A stretch of 64,000 nucleotides of DNA, taken from positions 47,092,597-47,156,596 of the forward strand of contig NC_068997.1 of NCBI RefSeq assembly GCF_001194135.2, written 5' to 3'. Both the position numbers and the translations under genes were made by a program. The stretch comes from Octopus bimaculoides. Taxonomy: Eukaryota. Shown here piece after piece: positions 1-11,529 of the stretch (position 1 is the stretch's first letter; each line of letters opens with the position of its first letter). The notes under the pieces were generated by a model. It saw only the letters and a list, made by a program, of their open reading frames with translations. It searched no databases and was not told the DNA's origin.

Positions 1-75
1 ACCAGTTAAACACTGGGGTCGATGTAATCGCCTTATCCTCTCCCCCGAAATCGATGGATATGTGCCAAAATTTGA
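1..75 (+). mobile_element. SINE family A, 3' portion (cut by window start)
   Basis: accagttaaacactggggtcgatgtaatcg...tgtgccaaaatttga matches the 3' half of the full copies at 45688-45892 and 63416-63630. Confidence 0.8.
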
Positions 76-99
76 TGGAGGAAGGAGGTTTAGGAGCGA

Positions 100-347
100 G
101 TCGACACTTTTGAGAGCACGTATTCTGCACGAAGAACTTAAACGTGCTGCTCGAAATCGCACTGGTGGTGTAGTGAATGGGAAAAGTTTGGTTTGCAATG
201 TTTGCAGTCGTGTATGCTTGTCAAGAGCAGTGTGCATTAGCCACCAACGGAGCCACAAATGCAAAATATAAGTTAGTCCTGGAGCGCACAATATTCCTGA
301 AGGACAGCAATGGTCTTCCTCGGTCACGAGTGGACGGCCATCATCAT
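100..347 (+). mobile_element. RTE-clade LINE, 3' end of ORF with C2H2-like finger and 3' UTR
   Basis: Translation ...ELKRAARN...CNVCSRVCLSRAVCISHQRSH has the C-x2-C...H-x3-H pattern typical of RTE ORF C-termini. It is followed by a short UTR ending in (CAT)n and then a microsatellite. Confidence 0.65.
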
Positions 348-519
348 ATATATATATATATGTATGTATGTATGTATGTGTACATGAATACGTATGTCTG
401 TGTATGAAAGTTTTTTGGTTTGTCTGTTTATGTGTGTGTGTGTGTACGTGAAAGAGAGAGGGGGAGAAAGAGAGAGGGAGAGAGGCGGAGAAAGAAAGAA
501 AGAGAGAGTGAGATAGGCG

Positions 520-589
<70 letters not shown>

Positions 590-625
590 GGGAGAGAGAG
601 AGAGAGAAATAGGGAGAGAGGGAAA
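348..625. repeat. Compound microsatellite (TA/TATG/TG/GA)n
   Basis: Directly visible; long perfect (AG)n at about 523-585. Confidence 0.95.
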
Positions 626-774
626 GTGTGTTCGTATCCAGAATCTACTGACTGGAAAAAAAAACAGACTTCAAGAAAAGTATTCAGTGCCAGATATACA
701 CATTTAGTTGACCCCCAAAACGAAAATTAACATTTCATGTTCATATAAAGATAGCATTGTTTATCAGACAGGTA

Positions 775-893
775 GCCAGATGGTAAAATACACATCTGCT
801 TCTCAAAAGATGTAACGTTTATTTTGCTAATAGATTTCTAATAAAAGTAGTGCTTAGCGCCTTATCACTGTGCATCAACATTCGAAGCAGGAG
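775..893 (+). repeat. Diverged repeat with an inverted copy at 2119-2240
   Basis: gtaacgtttattttgctaatag...ataaaag...ttatc aligns by eye with the reverse complement of 2119-2240 (gtaacgtttattttcgtaatag...ataaaag...ttatc). Confidence 0.6.
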
Positions 894-1133
894 AATATAG
901 CCAGGAGATGGAATTCAAAACCTGGAAGCACTAAACTGTATATTCGTTCAAACTAATTGATATAGAATCAACGTATTTATTAAGATATGTGTTTATATTG
1001 ACAGTAAATTGTATATACACACACACAAAGATGTAACTGGTTTCAAATTTTAGTACAGGGTCAGCAGGTTTTGCAGGGAGGAGGGAGTTGCTTACACCAA
1101 ACGCACATATTTAATTAATATATATTCTACTTT

Positions 1134-1562
1134 AAGGTGGCGAGCTGGCGATTTAATCGACTGGCCCCCGCCCCCAAAATTTTGGGCCTTGTGCCTTGAG
1201 TAGAAAAGAATATATATTCTCTTTTAAGGTGGCGAGCTAGCAGAAACGTTAGTATGCCGGGCGAAATGCTTAGGTTCTGAGTTTAAATTCCGCCGAGGTT
1301 GACTTTGCCTTTCATCCTTTCGGGATCGCTAAATTAAGTACCTGTTGCGTCCTGTGGTCGATCTAATTGACTGGCCCCCTTCCCCAAAATTTCGGGCCTT
1401 GTGCCTAGAGTAGAGCAGAATATATATTCTATCGACCTCGAAAGTATGAAAGGCAAGGTCGATCATGATGGAATTTACGCACAGAATGTAATTGCTGATA
1501 ATGACGGACGAAATGCTGATAAGGGCTCTGTCCGGCGTGTTAACGGCTCTGCCAGCTCGTCA
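1134..1562. mobile_element. Cluster of three family A tRNA-derived SINEs: internally deleted + copy 1134-1212, near-full + copy 1227-1420, - strand 5' part 1428-1562
   Basis: A-box-like ggcgagctagcagaaacg, B-box-like gagtttaaattcc, central gactttgcctttcatcctttcggg domain, tail ccttgtgcctagagtaga. The reverse-complement head ends at ...ctgccagctcgtcac. Confidence 0.9.
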
Positions 1563-2309
1563 CTTTACGTACACATAAGTACACATTAAATACTAGTACA
1601 TACATACATACATATACATGCAGACGTGTTTGTATGAGTGTCTGTGTGTGTAGACACACACACATATGAAAGATTTGTGAAGATGTTGCAATTATAATAA
1701 AGGTACATATGTATGTGTATACACACATGTATATATATTATATATTCTCCATATTTACAGACAGACAGAAACACAGATATATATATATATATATACATAC
1801 ATACATATATATATGTGTATATATATATATATATATTTATATAAATATATGCATATTTATGTGTGTGTGTGTGTATATATATATATGTGCGTGTGTATAT
1901 GCATGTATATATATATATATGTGTGTGTGTGTGCGTGTGTGTATGTGTGTGTGTATGTATATATATGTTGGCACATGCACATTAATACATATCTCTGCAT
2001 AAGATATGAATCATCATCTACGCAAAATTTATCTTTCTACATTCTTCCAATTTTAATGTTTATAATGTCGTGTCCTTTTGCAAATCTACAAGAAGCGATC
2101 AGCTGTATTCTTGCTGACTCCTTCTATAATTTTTGATATGCTGCGATAAAGCGTCTGCACACTTGCTTTTATCAAAAAGACTATTACGAAAATAAACGTT
2201 ACTTCTCTGGTGATTAGACGGGCATTTTAATCCGTCTACGTAACGAAAATATCTCTTGTAAGAACTTCAACTTTTAGCTTAGCTTTCCGTAGATACACGC
2301 GCGCACACA

Positions 2310-2352
<43 letters not shown>

Positions 2353-3551
2353 ACATGCACACACACACACGTACACACACACACGCGCGCATACACACAT
2401 ACTGACATTCGCACGCGCATGAATGCTCTCACATACGTACATAGACACACAGACACAGACACACACACACACACACACATATATGTATGCAGGTATGTGT
2501 ATATTATATGTGTGTGTGTGCATGAATAGATATATAGATAAATCTGTATGCATAAAGATATATTTATATATTCCTGCATACATACAGGTACATATACACG
2601 CACGTATATATANNNNNNNNNNNNNNNNNNNNNNNNNNNNNNNNNNNNNNNNNNNNNNNNNNNNNNNNNNNNNNNNNNNNNNNNNNNNNNNNNNNNNNNN
2701 NNNNNNNNNNNNNNNNNNNNNNNNNNNNNNNNNNNNNNNNNNNNNNNNNNNNNNNNNNNNNNNNNNNNNNNNNNNNNNNNNNNNNNNNNNNNNNNNNNNN
2801 NNNNNNNNNNNNNNNNNNNNNNNNNNNNNNNNNNNNNNNNNNNNNNNNNNNNNNNNNNNNNNNNNNNNNNNNNNNNNNNNNNNNNNNNNNNNNNNNNNNN
2901 NNNNNNNNNNNNNNNNNNNNNNNNNNNNNNNNNNNNNNNNNNNNNNNNNNNNNNNNNNNNNNNNNNNNNNNNNNNNNNNNNNNNNNNNNNNNNNNNNNNN
3001 NNNNNNNNNNNNNNNNNNNNNNNNNNNNNNNNNNNNNNNNNNNNNNNNNNNNNNNNNNNNNNNNNNNNNNNNNNNNNNNNNNNNNNNNNNNNNNNNNNNN
3101 NNNNNNNNNNNNNNNNNNNNNNNNNNNNNNNNNNNNNNNNNNNNNNNNNNNNNNNNNNNNNNNNNNNNNNNNNNNNNNNNNNNNNNNNNNNNNNNNNNNN
3201 NNNNNNNNNNNNNNNNNNNNNNNNNNNNNNNNNNNNNNNNNNNNNNNNNNNNNNNNNNNNNNNNNNNNNNNNNNNNNNNNNNNNNNNNNNNNNNNNNNNN
3301 NNNNNNNNNNNNNNNNNNNNNNNNNNNNNNNNNNNNNNNNNNNNNNNNNNNNNNNNNNNNNNNNNNNNNNNNNNNNNNNNNNNNNNNNNNNNNNNNNNNN
3401 NNNNNNNNNNNNNNNNNNNNNNNNNNNNNNNNNNNNNNNNNNNNNNNNNNNNNNNNNNNNNNNNNNNNNNNNNNNNNNNNNNNNNNNNNNNNNNNNNNNN
3501 NNNNNNNNNNNNNNNNNNNNNNNNNNNNNNNNNNNNNNNNNNNNNNNNNNN

Positions 3552-3830
3552 GGTGACTTCGTTGATGGCTGTGTGTCTTTTTTACCCTGAAGAAGGGGTT
3601 ATCACTAATTTGTGCTCTATTGTGCCCTAAATACGGTGATATACCCCCGACATGGCCATAGGTGTTTTGTGTTTGTATTCCACCTATACTTGTAATCCAC
3701 TGTAAATGATGTTTATGGTTTGACTTTACTGATGTTACCTGCGGAATGGTGAAATATGGATTTTACTTTGCCACACTTTGGATGTTCTGTTGTTGTTTTG
3801 TCCCGTGCGCTTCGGTATTCCTGTTTATGA
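3552..3830 (+). mobile_element. Probable Penelope-like terminal repeat fragment carrying a hammerhead motif
   Basis: Contains the hammerhead at 3583-3664 in T-rich flanks. The PLE assignment is inferred from the known hammerhead/PLE association. Confidence 0.45.
3583..3664 (+). ncRNA. Minimal type-I hammerhead ribozyme motif with one core mutation
   Basis: Helix I tacc/ggtg; core CUGAAGA 3587-3593 plus an extra A; helix II gggg..tatcac/gtgata..cccc; GACA instead of GAAA at 3649-3652; palindromic helix III ATGGCCAT; AUA cleavage triplet 3658-3660. Confidence 0.7.
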
Positions 3831-3840
3831 AATTGGATTT

Positions 3841-4341
3841 GGCAATCCTCAAAACCTTTTCATCTACACCGAAGACGGAAGGACTAAAAATGTCTACCAA
3901 GAAGCGTTACAGGAGTGAATTTCATCAAACATGATAAAAAAAATACAGTCAAATCTCCAATTCTCCCATGAAGACATCTTCGGAGCTAGCCGCCTCACGA
4001 CTCCACTGTAAGTACTTCTTTACAAATGCGAACTCATTTCCTCGAAGTATTTTCTTAACGTCTCCATTTATTACTTCAGCCTCACTTCGCTGCCCCATTG
4101 AACACATTGTCGTCGGCTGCAAAAGCTCCGCTCCGTCAACAAAACTCCCGTCGCCTGCTCTGACCATATTTCCTCCGCCTGCCACACATCTACTCTTCCT
4201 GCAACAGCCTGCCGAACCAGATTTAACATATAACATCTTAATTGGTAACAACTGGCACGGGGAACGTAGATGATTTCAATACAAGGTCAGAGGTAGGCTT
4301 CAACACGGAAAACACGAGGAACGCCGGGTCCAACAGCTAGT
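3841..4341 (+). mobile_element. Helitron 3' end: helicase C-terminal remnant, 3' region, subterminal hairpin remnant and CTAG
   Basis: 3841-3918 translates GNPQNLFIYTEDGRTKNVYQEALQE*, resembling RepHel C-termini (..GxPxxLFIY...TKNxVYxEAL). The element ends aacgccgggtccaacagCTAG-t at 4337-4341. Confidence 0.75.
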
Positions 4342-4909
4342 ATATATATATCTATATATAGATATACGAAATAAAGGATGAAAACATTAAATTTACCGCA
4401 AGAGGCAACACTCATTCATTCTTCCTGAGTCTATAAAATAATTTATCCGTCTAACACTTCGAACATATGGTATCCACTAACCTCGTTCCCGAAAAAATTC
4501 TGCCTTTGTAGAGACTAATGTAGAGACTATCAATTATTATTTTTTGTTTTGTTCTGCAAATAAGTACGTCTCCGTTGCAATAGATAAAAATGCTTTAAAA
4601 GTGTAAAATATTTATGAAGGAAGACATTTTAGAAAAGTTTGAAGAATGTTTTATTATGACCTCATTTCTCTGTTAAGAAAATTCAAGAAATATAAAGTGA
4701 GGTAATTTTCATTGTTTCGTATCTTCCATTTGATAATTTTGCTATAGTTCTATTATGACGTCATAAATGGGTGCCTTTTCTTATAAATAGAAGGCGTAAT
4801 TCGGTTTTGTCTTCATACCTTCAATGCTTCAGCAGGCACCAATATCGGAAATATAGATTCCTTTAGTATTGAGATATTTCACCGATTTTTAAGATAAGAA
4901 TTTAATTCT

Positions 4910-4964
<55 letters not shown>

Positions 4965-5751
4965 TATGCACGCAATTTTGTAGTAGCTGGTATCGATCTT
5001 GAGAGCTGTCAACACTCAAGCAGTGGTCCTTAGAGTAGGATGAAATATAAGTTCCAAAGGAATAGCCTTGCGACGTTTTTTCACCCATTTTCCGTAGTGA
5101 CTGCCCTAGAAGAAATTAGTTTAGTATTTGCTCAGCCCATTCGTATTTGAATGCGAGTGAGTCCCCTACTGCTACTCTCGAAGGCCGTTTGTTGTAGTCG
5201 ATTCATTGTAAGTCAGCCTGCACAGAGTACGGTTGGTTAGTTGGATCACAATGTAATCTAGTTACGCTTACTGCCTAGGTAATGAAACCGCAAGAAGAAA
5301 AGTTTCCTGAATAGATTTAGTTATATAACATCATTGTATTATATATAAATATTTGTTCATGTGAACCTGGTTACAAAATCTACCGTTTAAGTTGGACAGG
5401 ACTTCAATAAGAATTATTCATTTATATTGGAAGTTATTAAAGAGTAAAATTATGTAGTCGATTTTATGAACCTTCGAGTCTTTAAACATCCTCTACAGCA
5501 TGCTGGTTGGTGTCATAACATAGTTGCAAGGTGTACGTGCTGTGTCAGGTAACCGTATTGACTCTTAACCAGGCTCTTTCAATGCAGGAAACCTGGGAGT
5601 TCCAACTAGAAAACATTTTCAAAATTTTTAAAAAATAAAATATTTTATATTTTAGTATTTTGTGAATTGTTTGTGCTTGTGTGTAGACGTATGAGCATAT
5701 ATCTGTCTGTCTGTATCTGTAGTCCGTGTTTGAAAGCGCATGTGCGTGTAG

Positions 5752-6560
5752 TAATGTTTGACCCGAACAATGAATTCGTCGTGCCACGTTTACATCTCCA
5801 CGTCATATTGCACGAATCAACTCTCAAACTGTTGGAGAGCGACCAAAAACGTAATCTGAAGCCGCTTTATCAGAAGAATTCGGTGAACTTAAATGACATT
5901 TTTGGTCAAATTAGCGACACAGGGTCAAGCGTTGTTGTGTTGAAGAAGCACGCCGTGTCGCCTGTCGAGTTGCTTCAGCTGGGTTTTCTCGTTGAATCGG
6001 TGACGATGCGGTAAAGAAATCTGCTTGTGCCCATTAGTGGGCTGGCACCAATAGAAAGGTGCTGGAATTTTTTGTTCAGAGCGTGTGTTATATATGCACC
6101 GAAGTTTTGGACCTTACACATCAAATGAAGGCGACAGTATCATAAAAGTATTCTCCCTGCTGGGCCAATTTCCTCCTAGACGAGTGCTTTCTATCGTTCC
6201 TTATCGAACTGTACAGGCCGGTTAGAACGCGAAAAGACTATCAGGTCGAATTTTCCCTCCTTCAACTGTGCAATTCTATCAGTGACAGCGTCACCTTCGT
6301 ACACAACACAAATGTCTCGAGCGGCTTTGGCAGATTTAGAACGTTGATAAACAGGGAAGAAGAACAGACATCGAAAATAATTTTTCCTTATTAGGCACTC
6401 CATCGTCATATGTGTGAAAGGAGGTAACACTTATTCTGAGTATTTGAAAGACGATCAATAAAAATTGTGGAGGGAGAATATAGCAAAAACAAAATGTTAT
6501 AATACCAATACTTTTCGAGATAATTCACATAGAAACGAACGAATTTGGCAACTTGAAATA
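5752..6560 (-). mobile_element. Decayed mariner transposon with internal deletions
   Basis: Minus-strand translations include KSAKAARDICVVYEGDAVTDRIAQ..KEGKFDL..SRSNRPVQFD (HTH region) and RRHGVLLQHNNA*PCVANLTK (HDNARPH-like catalytic motif), with stops and frameshifts. Confidence 0.85.
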
Positions 6561-6649
6561 TATAAATATATATATATATATATATACACACACAAGTGTG
6601 TGTATGAGTGGGAGTGGTGGTATTGGTGTGTGCTTATGTATACTTAGAA

Positions 6650-6720
6650 AGTAAAGACGGATGAATTTCCGCTCCGCATTTTGTCCAGCGTGCTAACGAT
6701 TCTGCCATCTCGCTGCCATT
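6650..6720 (-). mobile_element. SINE family A head fragment
   Basis: The reverse complement reads ggcagcgagatggcagaatcgttagcacgctggacaaaatg. Confidence 0.8.
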
Positions 6721-6896
6721 GAATTACTCAATAAGAGTGATATAGGTTAAGAATAACATATTTAGGTTAAATCAGAGACTAATGTTATCGAAAAGAAAAG
6801 CAATCACATTACATCCATTTACTTCTTAATCTTAATTCATAACTATCGTCTTTATCAAATTTTCTTTACAATTTACCTATAAATTTTAGCTACGAA

Positions 6897-7012
6897 AGTG
6901 AAGACGTGGCTATGTGGTAAGAAGTTTGCTTCCAAAACACATGGTTCCAGGTTCAGTTCCACAACATGGTACCTTGGGCCAAGTGTCGTCTACTCTAGCC
7001 TCGTACTGACCA
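6897..7012 (+). mobile_element. SINE family B 5' half (tRNA-like head plus CORE-like segment)
   Basis: gtggctatgtggtaagaagtttgcttcc...ggttcagttcca...accttgggccaagtgtc. Confidence 0.85.
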
Positions 7013-7024
7013 TAACAGTATCCA

Positions 7025-7645
7025 ACCATTTCCGACCTGTGGGCTTATGTCGATTGACTGCTGTCGCGTTGTGGGACGGGTCGGTTTATCAGCCGAGTCT
7101 ATCCTCAATATTGTCACACCTCCTACTTTCAAACAGGAAGGAAGAGCCATTTTCATCGTCCTTGTGGCTATAGCGAAATAATGTGTCTAGTGGACGCGTC
7201 TGAAAGGCCTATAGACAAACACTTTCCTCTCTGGTCAATCTCTCATCAACTTCTTCAAGTATCACTTAAAAAGGAAGGTGAGAGGCAAGTTTTTGTTTAG
7301 CGAATGCTTCAATAAAAGATAGGTGAATGTAGCAAGGATGAGCATAATCCCATGAACCAGAAAAACAAAGGAAAAAGAGTGAAATGTGTTATTGTGTGAC
7401 ATTATTGCCCGAGGTTACCGTGGTCTTTTCGTAGGTTTTTCTTTCCACGGATAAACCTCCCCACTTTTGGGAACTACGTGTTTTCTTTTAATACTATTTC
7501 GACTTTTTGTATATCCCAAACGATCTCGATCCCTTTTGATCGTTGTCCCTATTCTTACTTTTCTATTTTCGTCCCCCTCGAAAAGAAAAACTCTACATTG
7601 TATTTGTCCCCTCAGTGTTCAGCCGTGTGTGGTCAATAAAGAAAT
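7025..7645 (+). mobile_element. L1/Tx1-like LINE 3' end (decayed ORF2 C-terminus plus 3' UTR)
   Basis: A single frame reads GRVGLSAESILNIVTPPTFKQEGRAIFIVLVAIAK*CV*WTRLKGL*TNTFLSGQSLINFFKYHLKRKVR with in-frame stops. A T-rich UTR and AATAAA at 7635 precede a microsatellite. The clade call is from pattern recollection, not an alignment. Confidence 0.5.
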
Positions 7646-7647
7646 TT

Positions 7648-7680
7648 GTCTGTCTGTCTGTGTGTCTGTTTGTCTGTCTG

Positions 7681-7740
<60 letters not shown>

Positions 7741-7754
7741 CTTATCTATCTATC

Positions 7755-7795
<41 letters not shown>
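7648..7795. repeat. (TCTG)n/(TCTA)n microsatellite
   Basis: Directly visible. Confidence 0.95.
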
Positions 7796-7799
7796 ATAC

Positions 7800-7950
7800 A
7801 CTACTGGCGTCTACACAATTTCCGTCTACTAAATGCACTCACAAGGCATTTGTCGGTCTGATGTTATGGCAGAAGACACTTTCCCAGGATCCCACGTACT
7901 TGGATTGTACCCGAAGCAACCGCAGTTGCAAAGCGACCTACTTAAGCTTT
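7800..7950 (-). mobile_element. SINE family B 5' half, diverged
   Basis: tttccgtctactaaatgcactcacaaggcatttgtcgg...agaagacactt matches 11981-12139. Confidence 0.8.
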
Positions 7951-8583
7951 TAACAATGCCTTAGATAAAATAAAGGAGCTTCCATTGTCTTAACTCACTG
8001 AAATTGCAAGCCTATCTGGCTCTTTCGACATTAGTTGTTTGTAAAACGAAACGTCTGGTGACTGCGGTTTCAAGGACATGAAATTGGAAGCTTTAGGAAA
8101 TTAAATCAATTGAAATGAAATCATTTCAATGTTTAATATATTATATTTCATAACATTTTAAAATAGTACTTTAGTAAAAATTGCAATGCTTTTTATTCTG
8201 TTAGACCATTTAATTAAATTGACTTTATTGGCGTATGCAATTAACAGTATTATGAAAACATTCGGTCATTTGGTATGCAATTAAGCGTTACCTAGTCTGC
8301 GATTGTGTGTATGGTGTGTGTGTGTGTATGCGTGCGCGCTGTGTATGTGTGTGTATGTATGTATGTATGTGTGAATATACGCACACTTTTTTGTATTTGC
8401 TTATACGTATACATGTGTATATAAGTACATATATTATATGTATACTCTGTCTCTTCAACACATGCACACACTCAGACATGTACACACTCACACATACATT
8501 TACACAAAAACACACACACGCAAACACATTCACACTTACACACTCACACTCACACACGCACCCCGCTCACACACACAAACAGA

Positions 8584-8615
<32 letters not shown>

Positions 8616-9038
8616 CGCAAAGATATGAGTGTCTTCAAAGTTTTGTTGTTTGTTGGCTTCGCCAGACTGTGAAATTGCGAACGGCACAAACTTGCAAGTG
8701 ATTGTCAACCTTTTCCGCGTAAAAATGTTTGGCTCTTTACTTAAACGCTTTCAATGATCTTTTGATTAATGCTCGACTGTTTTTCACGTATAACACTTCA
8801 TAAACACAAATACACACACATACGCAGACCATGTATACAGATATATAAAAAGAAAATGAGCTGAAAGACTTCAGACTGGCCAGTGGCATGCATACGAATA
8901 ACACAGACATGAACAGGTATAACAAATATACATACATAAATACACACACACATACATACAATTATATACACATACATATGTTTAGATGCGCACACAGATA
9001 TATATGCACGTACAAATATTCACTCACACGCATATAAA

Positions 9039-9088
<50 letters not shown>

Positions 9089-9233
9089 GAGATATATACA
9101 CACATACCTATATACATACATCCGTACATGCAAATACACACACACACACACACATATATCTAGACGCGTACACACATACATATGCACATATACATACACA
9201 TTCACACACACATACACACAAACACACCTACAT

Positions 9234-9274
<41 letters not shown>

Positions 9275-9894
9275 TGTATTTCGACAAACCATTATCGTCT
9301 AAAGTATATTCGTTTGTTGAATTCTCATGGCTACTAAAATTTCAATTATTATCATTATTATTATTATTAGTAGTATTAGTATTATTGTCTCCCCTGATTT
9401 TTATCTTGGTTTCAACTCTTTAATCTGTGACTTTTTTCTTTTTTTTTTCTTTCATACAATATAGGAGAAACTTGTAGAAACTATAGAAAACATAACGTAT
9501 GCAGAAATTTATCCATTTATTTATTTATTTATTTATTTCGCATTGATTTGTCTTTGATTTTTTTGTTCTACTTTTCGGTGTATTTTAAGAATTATATTAT
9601 TTAGTTTAAGATGGTCTGTTCGAATATTGAAAGGATTACTATTCCGTAGACTTATCTTTAACCTACAGCGATTGTTTGTGAAGAGAGAGAGAGAGAGAGA
9701 GAGAGAAGAGTATATATAGACAGGAAGGAAAAAAGAAAAAAATCACCTATATCATCAGACGCGATCAAGTAAATCTAGTTATTTTAACTGTACTGTAGAG
9801 ATAAATCGGTTAAGTAAAACTATATATGATTAGGAGCAACCGTAACACGACCACTACTGCGGAGATTGAGATCGAGTAAATGAAAGAGCCTCTA

Positions 9895-10020
9895 GGAGGT
9901 CACTTCAGATATTACAAATAGCAGCCAAATATCTCTCAAACTACATTCCGCTGTATAAAAGAAAACAGTTGGGTTTCAGTAAGTATTGTTGGATGATCAG
10001 AGTTGAATGGTCGTTAATCA
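9895..10020 (+). repeat. Unclassified interspersed repeat (family D); related pieces at about 33385-33560, 34395-34460 and 45910-45960
   Basis: Recurring ..ctagaaatagcagccaaat..ctcaaa.. and ..gatggtcacagtt.. motifs. Confidence 0.45.
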
Positions 10021-10039
10021 TTCGTGTGTGGTATATTGT

Positions 10040-10150
10040 TACGTCTGTTTATGTCCCGAGTTCAAATCTCACCCATGTTAAATTTACTTTTGATTTTTCT
10101 GGAATCGGCAAAATAAAAACTTCCAGTCAATCATTAGCATCGATTTGATT

Positions 10151-10202
<52 letters not shown>

Positions 10203-10305
10203 ATCCACTAAAATTTGAGGCCTTCTGACGAAGTTAGAAATAAATACTATTACGATCATGGAGATACTGAGTTCAAATCCCACTGAAGTCAAATTTACTT
10301 TTCAC
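10040..10305 (+). mobile_element. Two highly diverged family A SINE fragments around a (TA)n
   Basis: B-box gagttcaaat at about 10058 and 10269, each followed by an aaatttactttt central-domain remnant. Confidence 0.55.
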
Positions 10306-10529
10306 GCCACACCACCCGAAACCGGCGTCCACATCGATGAACGCTCACAGGTATAGGCCACACTTTCATGTCACGTCGTACTGTCACGTCGTACACGCAC
10401 GCACGCACGCACGCACGCACCAATAAACGTATAGAAACATCGGGAACCACACACTGAATTATATACAATCATGTACCAACTTCCCAGAAATATTCTCAGT
10501 TAGGTCCGTCCGGGTTGTGTTTGACTTCC

Positions 10530-11310
10530 ACTCTGTTCGATGGTTGCATGGACTGGAAACTTGCTCGGATGGTGGCTCGATCGATCAGGATTTTATTGAC
10601 CTGGATTTTGCTGATGATGCGACAGTTCTTGGTGAGTCTCTGGATGTTTTAATGAATGCTCTCGTTTCAATAAGTGATGAAGCAGAACCGTTTGGCCTCG
10701 GAATTTGGCCTCGGAATTTCTTGGGTCAAAACAATGATCCAGTCTTTCATTGGTTCTTGGAGGTCTCCAATTCGCCTATCACTGTTGCGGTTGAGAATGT
10801 CGAAGTTGTTCACCACTTCACTTATCTCGGTAGCGTTATCCATAGCAGCACTAGCTGCGACTCCAAAGTCGTATGAAGTCTTGGGCCCGTTGGTACAGTT
10901 GTAGCCTATCTGGACAAAAGTGTTTGGCGTTGCCGATATCTGAGCAGGAGGGAAAACATTCGGGTCTTCAGGTCTCTGGTCTTCCCTGCTTTACTATAAG
11001 GTTGTGATACTTGGACATTGTCCGGAGCCCTTAGAGACGGCCTAAATCCATTTGGTACCAGGGTACTTCGCAAGATTACAGGCTACCACAGGTCGGATTT
11101 CTTTTCTAACTCACGACTGGTCTTAGAAACTGGGATGCACTCCGTTACTTTTCTCATTCGGGAGAGTCAGTTCAGACTGTCTGGTCATGCTGCTTGTTTT
11201 TCCGATATGGATCCTGCGTATTATGTTCTCTTCTCTGAGGATCCAGCTGGGGTCACAGCTCGTGTTGATCCACCACGTGCAACATAGTCATGGTAGATGA
11301 GGAATTATGT
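10530..11310 (+). mobile_element. RTE-clade LINE, reverse transcriptase to C-terminal region, decayed
   Basis: DLDFADD (RT catalytic motif), VEVVHHFTYLGSVI, RVFRSLVFPALL*GCDTWTL, FGTRVLRKITGY and GHAA.. motifs, with stops and frameshifts. Confidence 0.9.
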
Positions 11311-11529
11311 CAGAGTTGAGTAAATTGAGGTGAACGAGAAATCAAGTGCCTCGCTAAAGAAGACTGCTTCTCTCCTGGTCCAGGGATGAAATTTAGAACC
11401 CTAAGTTCATAAAATGAACATCCATACTACTAGGATGTGCGCTTTCTTACAATAAATTAGATGCTTTCTGACGATTCGTAGTGCACTGCTAGATTCAGTG
11501 TTGTGCACGAGGACCATTGGGGAGGGGGG

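Noticed and set aside
1540-2603. Many 60-380 aa ORFs in the track (YIYI, VCVC, THTH, poly-X), here and throughout the window
   Set aside because: They are translations of dinucleotide microsatellites or N gaps, which lack stop codons.
3949-4273. Overlapping 100-aa ORFs on both strands
   Set aside because: They lie between the Helitron helicase stop and its CTAG end, have no recognisable domain and no convincing splice context.
5499-5548. AG/GT-bounded 50-nt segment encoding HAGWCHNIVARCTCCV
   Set aside because: Weak donor (GTAACC) and no recognisable protein; expected by chance.
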